Below are positions 11,365-23,342 of a DNA stretch of 64,000 nt, piece by piece. Every line of letters starts with the position of its first letter. Within the stretch, counting starts at the first letter, position 1. Source of the DNA: Saccostrea cucullata. Lineage: Eukaryota. The notes under the pieces were generated by a model. That model was not told the origin of the DNA. It saw only the letters and a list, made by a program, of their open reading frames with translations, and did not search any database. Both the position numbers and the translations under genes were made by a program. The DNA lies in NCBI RefSeq assembly GCF_032062105.1, contig NW_026927443.1, positions 1-64,000 of the forward strand, written 5' to 3'.

Positions 11365-14300
11365 CTTTATTTTAAGAGGGTGACCCGATTAGTGCAAGGC
11401 ACTAGTCTTCCTCGGGGCCCTCTAAGCATGTTCACAATAATACAATAATGAAATCATTGTACAATAATAAATAATACGACAAGACGTAAAAATACAAGTA
11501 CATATAGATTTCAGGAGATTTTAGTTGCGGCATGTTATTATGAATTTTTCTACATTTTTACGAAATGTGTGTAAATTCTGTGAAAAACGTATGTACAAAG
11601 GTAGTTTGTTCCATAAATGAACACCGGAATAATGAAAAGAATTTTTAAATTGATTTGTTCGATATTTCGGTAGATGAAGGTCATAGTTTGTTTCAGATCG
11701 TAGAGCATAACTACTAGAAGAAATAAATTCAAAAGAGTCTCTTAAATAAGTAGGTGCCATACCATGAAGTGTTTTGTACAGTAATATATATTTATGAAAA
11801 TCAATCAACTCGTAAATAGTCAGCCATCCAAGTTTTTCGAATAATGGTAGTGAAGGGGCATCATAAGCCACATCTAGTATAATACGGGCTGCCCTTTTTT
11901 GCAATTTGGTAGCTGTTTGACCAGAATCACAGTTCTCTCCCTTTTCTGATGCTGTGACATTTTCCCCATCAAATTCAATCACCTAAAATGTTAAAATATC
12001 TTCTTAAAATTGACAGTTGGTGATTGACAAGAATTGCAGAAGCATTTGAAAAATATCAAGTTCCAAATGAAAAATAATCAAGCTCTAAAGTAAAATAAAA
12101 CCACATACAAAACAAGTGAATCTGTAAGCTCTTGGGGATACAGTAAGAGTGGTATCAAAGTTGATGACACTCTGGTAATATGTGCTGCCATTGTTGAGGG
12201 TAGCGACACAACCCACATGTCCTCCCGCTGTAAAAAGAATAAATAGATATATAACATGCTTTATTTTCTTCACTGTGCAATTGTTTTCAAATCCTTTATC
12301 AGAAAGATGACAGCAATTCGAATGAAAGAACGCGGGACATTGGTGGTCACTATCTTTGAACAGGAGTCTCTACAGAAGTTTACCATTTTTGATAAGTCAA
12401 CCAAATTGACTTAGTGTCATTTCATTTAAGCGAATTGCAGCCAAAATAAAAACACGAGTTAAAACTAGTAGCAAGCAATGTGTACATTGTGGACTCATAA
12501 AATCTATGATAAAAGGTTGTGTCTTGTTTCTGTGAGAAAGTACAAGGTAATTTAATCGAGTCACGTGATGTAAAATAGTTATAAACTTTATAACGAAAAA
12601 ATATATAGAAACATCTCCTGATTTATCTGCATGTATTTGTGAAGCTTAAAGATTGCACTTCTAGAATATATTATATCTTTCAACAGAGCCGAACACAGCA
12701 GTAAATCAAAATTGTTAAGAAAGGTCGGAAAAACAACAAACTTCATCAATAATACTTAGGATACTTTTTGGTTGACAATCTGGCCGAAAATGAAAGATTC
12801 TGAATTGTCCATAAAACTAGCTATTGAATTTGTGATTACAAGTATCTAAACTTCCTGAACATAACAAAAGATACCAGAGAAAGCCACTCTGGTGTTGCAT
12901 AGACTGTAATCAAAGACCATGTTGGTTCTGTTGTTGTTACAGACGTCTAGGAGGGAGTCGCCCCAATTCAGGCCACACTCAGCTGAGGAGGAAGTGTGAA
13001 TGTAAGTGAACACCCCCAAGAATGGCTTAGCGCAGTACGACATGGCCTCAGATTCAGAACCTACAGAAAATACAGTAGTGAAAAATGTAGAAAAGGGTAC
13101 TATTAAATATGACTGTATACATGGTGAACGTTTATTTCTTTTATAATCGTATCATTGAGATTTAAATGTACTGATACAATAATCAAAATATATTTACTTC
13201 CACTTAAGAATTAATATATATCTATATAATCTGTTATCATGCGTCAATACGATGATTTTTTTCAACTCGACATTTAGATATATCGAGGACGTACTGTCCA
13301 TTTTTCCATTCCTATGTCGATACGATCCCTGTGAGCTTGAGATACTGTATAAAAGGAAATTTTTGCCCCGTTTTATTTTCGCTCCTTTCGACCTTACCTC
13401 AGTTGGGCCATTTTAAACAGGGGTGATTTCAAAGAATACTGCTAAAATTTCTTTTAACAAAACCATGACTGGTGCAAAACTGTTTGTAAGGGCGAAAGGG
13501 GCGAAAATAAAACGGGAGCGAAAATTTCCCTGTATACAATAATAGATACCACATAAGCTGACACATGAGCCTGATGAGTCGTTATGTAGTGTATATTTGC
13601 ATCTGCACTCTTAACTATCTCTTTTGTTATATACTAGTAGTTTTAAACTGAATATAATTTCCCCCTAAAATGAGGGTGTTGTGTTTCTTTTGACTGGCAG
13701 TATATGTTTCATATTAGGATATTTATCTGACAACAAAGCCTAATGATAAACGTGATGACTTAAACTTTTTAATAGTCAAATTCACTTACTTATGCAGACA
13801 TTTCTTCATCACCTGCATACAGTATTTATATCTCTCAGCTGTTTCGATACGCAAGAGCATGATTTACGTATGTACATTTGTAAAACGAGGTAAATTATTG
13901 ACAATAAAGATGACGAAACAAAAATATCAGCGACTTGTTTGAAGTCCTTTCGTAAGTTCTATGGTCGATACAATCACTGACAATGACTTTTTCAGCAAAT
14001 ACAATCTATCGCTGTCAAATGCTGACTGATGTTTTAAAACTAATTGTTAGACCATAATTTACACTCTTAATTTTCGAGTGATTTTTCCGTTATTCCCGGC
14101 CATGACAAGGGGCACACGGCGGGTTGACCGGTCAGCAAGAGATGCTCATTCCTCCAGGTACCTGATCCCATCTCTTATGTTTTGGAGGTTTGTGTTTGCT
14201 CTGCTCCAATTTTGTAATGTTTAATTAACGTTTGCGTTTGAATACTGTTTGTTATCTCCGCAAACATCATGGAGATGTTGTTTATAATCTTGTACGTCTT

Positions 14301-15774
14301 CCCATAGTGGGTGCACAAGAGAAACTTAAGCCCTGCGAAATGTGCGGTTTTAAACTTACCGGTCCTTTGGTGACTTTATCGTCGTATGGATTTAAAAAAT
14401 TACAATCATTGTTTTATAACATGCACAATAATGAAATGGTGCAAACTCATTTAGCAATCCATCCCATTTTTTTTTTTGTTTACATTTGCTGAATCGGGGT
14501 AGGTTTTTTTCTGCATCCGCTGCAACCGTTAATTTCTGTACAAACTAAGAATGCATTTCATTATTTAAACATTTTACCTTCCTTGACAAAGACATGGAAA
14601 AGCTCGATAGGCTGCCCAGTTTGACAGACATCTGTATACACCATGTACAGTCCTGTCCCGAAATTGTTTTCTGAAATGTGGAGAATCTTAATATAATTGA
14701 AATGTAAAATAAGGACATTTCTTGATACATTATAGCTTTATAAAAAACAAGAGGTCCAGGGGCCACATCGCTCACCTGAGTACTGTGGTTAGGAGAAAAA
14801 GCAAAAATCAGTTTAGTATTGATAAGCTTAAATACACGAGTGGTCCAAACCTTTCCCTAAAAGGCAGAAAGGGTTAGGAGGAGTGGGTACAATATGAACA
14901 AAATTGAATCTACAGAGCTTTCAAATAAATATGACAAATCTTGGCTTTGCTGTTCTAGAGATGTTTTTCCTATATACTCCTATGTTAAACTGTGATCATC
15001 CATTGTGCCTCCACCCTACCTAGGGAGTCATGATTTTGAACAAAGTAGAATCTACACGTCCTCTGGATGCTTTCACATAAATATGAACAATCATGGCTTT
15101 GGCGTTCTTAAGAAGAATATTTTTAAAGATTGTTCCGATATACTCCCATGCTTAACTTTCATTGTCCATTGTGGCCCCAACCTACCCCAGGGGTCATAAT
15201 TTGAACAATCTTGAATCTATACCACCTGAGGATACTTCAATATAAATATGACGAACTATGGCTTTGATGTTCTCAAGACTTTTCCTATATACTCCTATGT
15301 CAAACTTTGTTCATCAATTGTGGCCCCACCCCTTTCCCAGGGGGTCATGATTTGAACAAACTTGAATTTACACGACCTGAGGATACTTCCATATAAATAT
15401 TACCAATCATGGCTTTGCTGTTCTTGAGAAGAAGACTTAGAAGAGGCCCTGGGCCTTGAGAAGTGAGTCATAAGTTTTAAGAACTTGTGCCAAATCCCTT
15501 TGTAGTTAGAAATTCCAATAAAATATGTTCAAACCAAGAAGTTTTTCAAGACTTTCCCTATATTTACCTATGTAAAACTTTGAGCAGCCATTGTGGCCCC
15601 GCCCTACCCCCGAGAGTCATGATTTGATCAAACTTGAATCTACACTACCTGAAGGTACTTCCACGTGAGTTTCATCTTTCCTGGTCAAGTTGTTCTTGAG
15701 AAGAAGATTTTTAAAAGATGCCTTTTTTTTTTTGAAAGCGAGAGTGGCCCTTTTCAACCAAGAATACTTTGTGT

Positions 15775-15808
<34 letters not shown>

Positions 15809-18365
15809 GAATGAGATGAAAATGTGAAAAGTTTATGTCGACAACAACAACGACAACGACTACAACAACGAAAAAAGACAAAGGACAAATTAAAATCCCT
15901 TAAGGCAATTAGCCGAAGATAATATAAGAATAAATCTGTAAAGAAATATGTTTTTATAATCTTTGCATGTTTTCTTTAAATCTAAGTCAGAAAAATTATT
16001 TATGTAGACCCTCAAAAAATTCAAACAAGATGAACAAGGACCAGATCACACACAGTATTGAAAAGTTTAAATATACTTGTAAAAGTAGGTTAAGGGGAAG
16101 GAGGGGGGAGGGGGTATTTGACCAAACTTAAATCTTTCTTTTCTATGGATGCTTTTAAATTAACATTACACATAATGGCTTTGCTATTTATAAGATGAAA
16201 ATTTTTTATTGATATAACCTTTCCTTTGTGTATCTATGATCTACTTTAAGGGATTCTCTATTCTCCTAGTTGGTCATGATTTGAACAAATTTAAATCTAC
16301 ATGACCTTTTTCAATGCTTTTTTATTGATGATCAATAATAGCTATGTTGTTCTAGTGAAGAATTTTCATGATTTTTCCTAAGTATTCCTACAATAAACCA
16401 TGATCATCGATTGTGGCCCCACTCAACTCCCGCGGGTCATGATTTGAACAAACATGAATTTACACTACCCGAGGATGCTTCCATATAAATAAGATATATG
16501 AACAATGAGAGTTTTGCTGTTCTCGTCGAGAGGAATTTTAAAGAATTATTCTATGTAATCCTTCTTAAAACTTTGATCACCCATTATGACCCAACCTTGC
16601 CCCAGGAGTCGTGATTTGAATTACACTTGAATCTACACTACAAGAGGATGCTTCAGTTTAACTATGACCAATCATTACTTTGTTGTTCTTGAGAAAATTT
16701 TTTTTTCAAAGACTTTCCGATGTATTCCTATGTTGAACTTTGATCCCCAATTGTGGCCCCACCCTACCCTTGGGGGTCATAATTTGTATAAACTTGAATC
16801 TATGCTATCTGAGGATGCTTTAATATAACTTTGGCCAATTATGGATTTGCTGTTCTTCAGAAGAATATTTTTAAAGATTTCCCCTTTGTATTCCTTTGTT
16901 AAACTTTGATCACCCATTGTGTGGGTCATGATTTGAAAAAAAAACTTAAATCTGCTCTACCTGAGGATGCCTCCACATGTGTTTCATCTTTACTGGCCCT
17001 GCAGTTCTTGAGAAGAAGATTTTAAAAATACTTTTTAAAGATTTTCCCTGAGGATGCTTCCACATGAGTTTCATCTTTCCTGGCCCAGTGGTTCTTGAGA
17101 AGAAGATTTTAAAAATGTTACATTACTTTTTCACTAATTCATTATTATTTCCCCTTGGAAGAGGGTGTGGCCCTTCCTTCAAACAAATTTGAATCCCCTT
17201 CACGCAAGGATACTTCGTTTTAATTTTGGTTGAAACCGGCCCAGTGGTTCTTGAGAAGATGATGAAAATGTGGAAAGTTTACAACAACGACAACGACGAA
17301 AGACAACGGACAAATTTTGATCAGAAAAGCTTATGTGAGCCTTCGTCTCAGGTGAGCTAAAGTAAAAACATACCTCTTGAATTATAATAGTAGTAAGAAT
17401 ATGTAGTTATCGACGTCAGCTCCAAACACAGATACCAGTAGTAAGTAGTCCCACCTGCATTACTGTATGTATTGGCAGTCCTTGAATTTTTAAAATAAGT
17501 TTCAGGTTATTTCACAGTTTACTTTAGCCAATAACTAGTACTGTGAATCTGATACTAGTTATGTGCAGTGTTGTATAGTTTCTGATAAAAGTAATTTTCT
17601 TTATGTCGACATAATTAAAATAATATATTCTTAGTATATATAGACACCTGTACGTCAGGAAAATTCACAAATACTGACTCTACGAATTTCACATTTGAAT
17701 TTTTCTTATCTTTTTTATTAAACAGGAATATTGTGGTAATTAACGGATTAAGATCTTTAATCCTTTTCAAATGGTATGGTAGGTTGAGTTAAAAAAGAAA
17801 AAAAAAATGTGCATAAACTTAATATCACTATTTAACTTTTGACAAAAGAAGTAAAATTATCAGGTTTGTTACTGATTGTTCAAAGAATTTTATCGCCTTA
17901 ATCAATAACATACATGAAGAAGCGGTTATACCATCTATGATCTTACCTTAAAACGTAGTAACTTCCTGAAGTAAAATCACAGGTAAAATTTGAAGGTGTG
18001 ACTGAGAAGCCGTCCGCTACAATATCATACTGTGATAAGTACATGATGGTGTCCGTAAATTCTGCATTTCCAAAATTACTGCTGATCCAAGTACCCCGTA
18101 AAGTATCCGGAAATGTACAGGCGCCATCTTTCAATTTTAATAATTGTGAAAAAACAATAAAATGCCAAAAATTGCAAAAAGACAAAATTTTATGATTAGA
18201 TGACATATTTCATAGAAAGTTATCTTCTGTGTAAAGAAAGGTAAAATCTTTAATAAATATTTAAATCATTTAACCTTTTTTTATAATCTTTGTTTGCTTA
18301 CCTCCAGTGCGTTGAAAAGAGGTGAAAATAATTTTCAATGTTATCCAAAATATTAATTTTAACAT
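9291..18365 (-). CDS. Uncharacterised type I membrane protein (signal peptide, Cys-rich ectodomain, TM, low-complexity tail); exon 7 interrupted by a LINE
   Basis: Phase-consistent exons: 18365-18302 (MLKLIFWITLKIIF signal), 18127-17947 (CTFPDTLRGTWISS), 17480-17374, 14670-14578, 13060-12875, 12227-12109, 11982-11908 + ~11335-11287 (split exon), 10730-10578 (TM AAIVAGVVVTVLVIAIIIGAVLGY followed by RYFKKK) and 10165-9291. Confidence 0.8.
11339..11907 (-). mobile_element. 5'-truncated L2/CR1-group LINE (ORF2 C-terminus, 3' UTR, (ATT)n tail) inserted in a coding exon
   Basis: KLQKRAARIILD...LFEKLGWLTI...YKTLHGMAPTYL...SFHYSGVHLWNKLP...FRK is the canonical L2/CR1 ORF2 tail, with stop at 11521. 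It is followed by a 3' stem-loop (agaggg...ccctct, inner tagtgc/gcacta), AATAAA and an (ATT)n tail at ~11340-11363. Confidence 0.9.
13343..13541. mobile_element. MITE, Tc1/mariner-like (TA-flanked CTGTA...TACA termini)
   Basis: Imperfect ~45-bp TIRs: tactgtataaaaggaaatttttgccccgttttattttcgc / gcgaaaataaaacgggagcgaaaatttccctgtatacaata. Confidence 0.7.
13715..14270 (+). mobile_element. Penelope-like retroelement fragment (RT C-terminal region and 3' block), decayed
   Basis: Degenerate translation resembles (Y)DKRDD-NF-IV-F-YLC...SPAY-SIYISQLFRYARA, a PLE RT thumb-like motif. It is followed by the shared 'ggcacacggcggg..gaccggtcagca.g.gatgctca.tcctcc.gg.acctgatccca' block. Confidence 0.65.
14747..17361 (+). 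mobile_element. Helentron-associated (HINE-like) element(s) carrying a ~150-170-bp tandem satellite, probably two units
   Basis: 5' acaagagg...gctcacctgag and 3' ctcaggtgagctaaa form subterminal inverted repeats. About 9 monomers contain gatttgaacaaacttgaatctacactacctgaggatgcttc. (aac/gac)n microsatellites lie at ~15840-15870 and ~17281-17310. Resembles the oyster Cg170/HindIII-type satellite elements (from memory, not searched). Confidence 0.8.
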
Positions 18366-19811
18366 TTTATCCAAAGAACACATTCGTTAGACTTAATTCT
18401 GATTTTGTTTCGTAACACATGGTTCAGTCTTGTAATTTAATTCTTATCTGTTAAAATGTGTTAAGAAAGTGGAAGACTAGCTTTGTATGTAACTAAACCA
18501 CGATTTACACCCTTCACTTATTCTTTTATTTTGTTCAAACCTTTCATTACCATTAGGGAGGTTTCGTAATACAGACGTGATTTACACCGTACAATAGATT
18601 CCTATATACTAGTATTATACTTCATTAGTAGTTAGAAAATCCACCTATAGTGATTGTAATAAAACTGTGAATGAAACAAAATAATATAAATTAAATACTA
18701 GTATAGTTCAAATTTTTGGAAATCGTTGAGATAAAGTAACCGATCAATAACAAAATTTTTAATGCGTTTCCATATTATGGAACTTCATCCTTTGGAATGG
18801 TCTTGACACAGGTAATGCATGTGTGAAATACGAAAATCCTAGGCTACCTTCTCTCATTCAAAAAGTAAGAATAAGATTTTAAGTTTTTTTATACAATTGC
18901 AAAAGGTAGATATCATTTAAATGTACTAAATCAAACTGTTTAATTTTTGTCAGAGAAGTAATAAACAGCTTTTCATTAGAAAGACAGAGGAGAAAAATGA
19001 AGGCATCATAAAGATAAAAAATAATAAGAGAAAAAAAATGGAATTTAAACCATTTTAAAAAAAGAACTATTAAACTAAACTATGGAAAGAAAGAAAGAGC
19101 TCTAACTTACTAATTTATACTAATTTAAATAAAGCCAGAAGAGAAAACAAGAGTGCTAGATCCCAAAAAATAATAAGGGAAAGGAAGAAGAAAGATAGAA
19201 TGTAAAAAAAAATCCTTAATTACAGAAAAAAATAACTATATGATGAAAGAAAGTAATAAAAAGTTCTAAATTTAATAAAAGAAACTGATGAGATAAATTG
19301 TGCTTCATTTTGACCCCCCCCCCCCCCAAATCAAAACATTCAGTTAAAAAAAAACAAGAAACTAAAACATGAGAGGAACAATTAATTGAATCTATTTTTT
19401 AAATGAAACATATGGAGATAACGAACAGTATTCAATATCCAAGTCCATAAAACAGTACAAAATAGGAGTATATTTAGATTTTGCCCCAAAAGAAAGAAAA
19501 TGACTTACATTAAAGAAATATTTTCTTAAAAATGTGTTTCAACAAGAACGTTTTGTAATTGAAAATATTTGTGAGAGTGACTTCTTTAACTTTCAAAAGA
19601 AGTCAAACTAAACTTTTCTATGTTCTTAACCAGAATATTGTACAGAAGGGATTTTATAACCTCCGAGATTTCTCCTATAATTTTGTTCCTCATAAAAAAA
19701 GAGAGAAAACATCATGCATACCCCACATATGGGGGCGCGAAATGGTGACATCCGGGGGTGCGGAATTCGAAGCGGAATTTGCAATGTTCGTTGACCTGAT
19801 TAGCTTTCCTA

Positions 19812-20101
19812 CAGTGATTGCGATGAAAATAATCCTAAGTTCACTTAAGGCGGAACACAGTGATATCCCAGCTTTTACTCGTTTCCCAGCTCGGGATTCG
19901 TCCTAGAAATACATGAACACCTCTGCAATACCTGGCAAGAGCATTAGGGAACGCAAATTAGACCATTTCTTTGTGAAAATTGGTGCCTTATGTATCATTC
20001 AGAGAATTCCACCTCAAATAAAGGGGACAGACTTCAATTTAAGCGTGTGGCACTCGGGAGGGGGGGGGTAGAGATTTTAGTGGAGGCTGGGGGAGGAATA
20101 A
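19812..20101 (+). repeat. Left arm of a ~300-bp long-range inverted repeat
   Basis: Reverse complement aligns with 25641-25966 (e.g. gtagagattttagtggaggctgggg / ccccagcctccactaaaatctctac; cccagctcgggatt / aatcccgagctggg). Confidence 0.85.
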
Positions 20102-20285
20102 ATCTCTAACTAATGGAAATGAATTGTTTCTACAAAAATTATTTTGTTTAAACTGTTTACTAAACATCTATTTGTATATTTCGACATAATTAAATTTTAG
20201 TTGTAACATGTCATTTCATTGGATAAAAGATTTAATTCATATTGTATTGCATTACTTGGATACGTCACAATGAGCTATACGTCAA

Positions 20286-20583
20286 TATACACTTATCCAC
20301 TGGGTGTGAGTGGGATAGCTCTTTTATCAAACCCGCGACAGAGAACTATTCCCCGAGGGCTTGCCCGAGGGGAATAGTTCCTGCCAAAGAAATTCAAACC
20401 TCAGAAATTAAATTATACATCAGTATAATAAAACGCTTATCCACTGGGTGTGAGTGGGATAGCTCTTTTATCAAACCCTTGACAGGAACTATTCCCCTCG
20501 GGCAAGCCCTCGGGGAATAGTTCTCTGTCGCGGGTTTGATAAAAGAGCTATCCCACTCACACCCAGTGGATAAGTGTATAATA
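20286..20583. mobile_element. Fold-back element with ~95-bp perfect terminal inverted repeats plus an internal palindrome
   Basis: 20286-20383 is the reverse complement of ~20485-20581. 20436-20575 is itself a near-perfect hairpin centred on cccctcgggcaagccctcgggg. Confidence 0.8.
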
Positions 20584-20675
20584 TACTCCGCTTGACGTTA
20601 ATTTTAAATATTAGTTCAGTTTGAAGTCATTTTTGGAAGAAAAATTGTCTCTTAGTCTACAATGAAATCGAATTA

Positions 20676-20797
20676 TAAGGAATGAAGCTTATTTTATCCT
20701 ATGTCATATACGATACATCATCATGTATATGCATAACTTGGTCCAAGTTACGTTTTATCGTATATCATAGGTTAAGATAAGCTTCATTCCTTGAATA
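20676..20797. mobile_element. Small fold-back element (taaggaat...attccttgaata termini)
   Basis: Arms aaggaatgaagcttat / ataagcttcattcctt, with inner imperfect pairing. Confidence 0.65.
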
Positions 20798-20889
20798 TAC
20801 TTAGGATATACATATCATTCATTTACAGTAAACAGACACTTGAGCAATAGTTTAGAGTACATATTACATATATACTAATTGATAGTCCA

Positions 20890-21105
20890 TTATTTATACA
20901 CTGAATTGAAGGCGGATTTTCCCATTATTTCCCGATCATGACAAGGAACATACGGTTCGTGTGACCGGTCGACAGGGGATGCTCACTCTTACATGGCACC
21001 TGATCCCACCCACGATGTGTAGGAGGTCCGTGTTTGCTCTGCTCCTGTTCTTTATTGTTTTATGGACTTTTGATCTTGAATGCTATTTGTTATCTCCATA
21101 TGTTT
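20890..21105 (+). mobile_element. Penelope-like 3' remnant
   Basis: gtgaccggtcgacaggggatgctcactcttacatggcacctgatcccacc...ggaggtccgtgtttgctctgctcc matches the other copies. Confidence 0.6.
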
Positions 21106-21282
21106 CATGTATGTAGAATTTATTTAGAATTTTAAATATGCGTGTTCATACAGTGAAGTTAAATATACTGACTGTTGAAAGGAGATGGGCTTGCAAAGCG
21201 TTCAGAATGCCCATAGATTCAGATATATAAAAATCATATTCAATCTGTGAAAATAAAATTTTGAGTAAGATTTTGCATTATT

Positions 21283-22784
21283 CAGGTCCAGTCCAAAGAA
21301 TATTTCTACCTATGCAGCTATTAATAGCTACTTAGGTATTTAAACCTACTTAAAGTAGCTATTTTACCTACTTTTTGTATTATCTGCATTGTGTGGCCAA
21401 AAGACCGAACGGCGCAACATGGTGAATACCATATATTTCCATTTCCAATTGTTTTCCCTATGATAAACACTCAAAAGTGAATCTTGTTAATTTCTCCGTG
21501 ATTCCTGTGGCATGTAAATTTCTCTATTGAAATACTACTGAAAGGTCAAATGTCAAACTTGCATGTATATGAATGGCGTATAAATACACTGCAGAAGAAA
21601 AAGATGCTTTGTTTAATTGTTTACCAAGTAATTAGATTATGATATATCTTTTTACAAACAAAATAAATAATGAATTATCTTCGGATCAAAAGCAAGTCAC
21701 TAGCGCAACGCTGTCCATTATCACCGAGGCCTCGCGAGACCGAGAACTACACTTCCGTAAACATAGTAAACAGCCCATCTGAACCACGTGGAGAAATCGG
21801 CACACATAGATCTATACTCCATCATCCGATACAGACATCGTCTCTCAGTCATTACCATCCAACTTCTTATGCAATTCAAAGTCCTCTTTTACTAGTATTT
21901 TAACACACATAGTTCGGTTTCTTGACCATGCTGACCAACTCCCGTTTCACCAACTGCAACATTGCATTCAGTATGGCGACGGAGAAGTGACCTGGAGCCT
22001 ATATACGTGTTCGTGCTTCCGACGATCTAAATGTAGGTCACATATATAATTAAAGTTAGCAAGATTGCTTTGATCATAATATAAAATTCTTTTCTTGTTT
22101 ATTTTATAATTGTTTATATTTGACTGCAGTATAACTAAATAATCAATAAATTTGTTTCGTGTTTGTATGGGACTATTTTTTTATAGTAAAATTTGACGTC
22201 ATGGGGCGGGGCAATGGAAAATAACATGGAATGCCTCGTGCATTTCAAATCTACTCAATTAGACGGTATTTCAATTTATTTTTAGATTGTTATTTCAAGT
22301 AAAAATGGAAATATAAGGAATCACTGTCTAGTTAGGAGGGTATGCCAGGGACATCAACAATATAGTGGGAAACTTGGGATAAATTATCCATGTTTCCCAC
22401 TATTGTTGATGCCCTGGCATACCCTCCTAACTAGACAGTGATTTCTTAAATATTTTGACACAGTCACACTAATGATGAATGCGTCGAAATTTTGGCCAAA
22501 AAATGATTACTTCCTAAATCTTCAATTTTACATTAGTTTCTATGCAAAATTGTTAATTTACGAAGTAATCATTTTTTGGTCAAATTTTTGTCATATCCAT
22601 CATCAGTTTGACTGTATCAAGAAAATTGGTATTCACCATATTGCGCCGTTCGGCCGTTTGGCTACAAAATGCAAGTAAAGCAGAAAGTAGGTAAAAAATA
22701 GTTACTTTGGTTAAGTTTAAATACCTACGTAGCTATTAATAGCTACGTGGGTAGAAATACCGGGTAGTCTTTGGACTGGACCTG
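21283..22784. mobile_element. Non-autonomous DNA transposon with ~150-bp TIRs (CAGGTCCAGTCCAAAGA...TCTTTGGACTGGACCTG)
   Basis: TIR arms at 21283-21431 and ~22627-22784, flanked by tt on both sides. No transposase ORF; superfamily not determined. Confidence 0.8.
22314..22452. mobile_element. Fold-back element nested in the TIR transposon
   Basis: Arms aatcactgtctagttaggagggtatgccaggg / ccctggcataccctcctaactagacagtgatt. Same taagga...ttaaata style of termini as 20676-20797. Confidence 0.75.
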
Positions 22785-23342
22785 TTTTAAAATTATGATA
22801 AACAAAACCTTTCTGAGAAAAATTTTCTCAAAAAAAAAATTATTCCAGACCTGTTACATGTATTGTAAATGGTATTCGTGGGGTTTGTACCCCCAGCAGT
22901 TTTTTTTTGTGTGGATATTTTGGTAGTATAATAAGCATTACTTGATACATGTATTGATAATGTAACCCTTTTGTTTCTATAAGCCTTTTTAAACGTGTCG
23001 TTTTAGAATGATACACTCAAAAACGATATATAAAAACGGCTTATAAATTAAAGACAACCGGGGGGTCTACTCACACACACACACACCCCAAGGCCTGTGA
23101 GCATCACTTTCAATTGAGAATTCGCTAACTACATGTACTACACTACACAACTCCTGGTGAAAAGTGGAGTGGACTCTTAACTAAATTGACTTAAAGTATG
23201 TCTCGGGAAAAAATCGAATGTTGTGTTATAAAAATGTATTCTAAAGGATAGTGGGTCTTTGCTCCATGATTTTGTTAACCAAAAAATGTAAATTTTACGA
23301 AAACTTCCTTGCAGTTGGGACTTAAAACTTTACAACAGCAAT

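Noticed and set aside
13565-13600. ctgatgag as a hammerhead ribozyme core (also ~4266)
   Set aside because: No stem II followed by GAAA and no closing helices visible.
20242-20520. 92-aa ORF with repeated LSTGCEWDSSFIKP
   Set aside because: Produced by the repeated arm of the fold-back element.
21660-22040. GC-richer core of the TIR transposon as a captured gene or transposase
   Set aside because: Only short ORFs and no recognisable domain on either strand.
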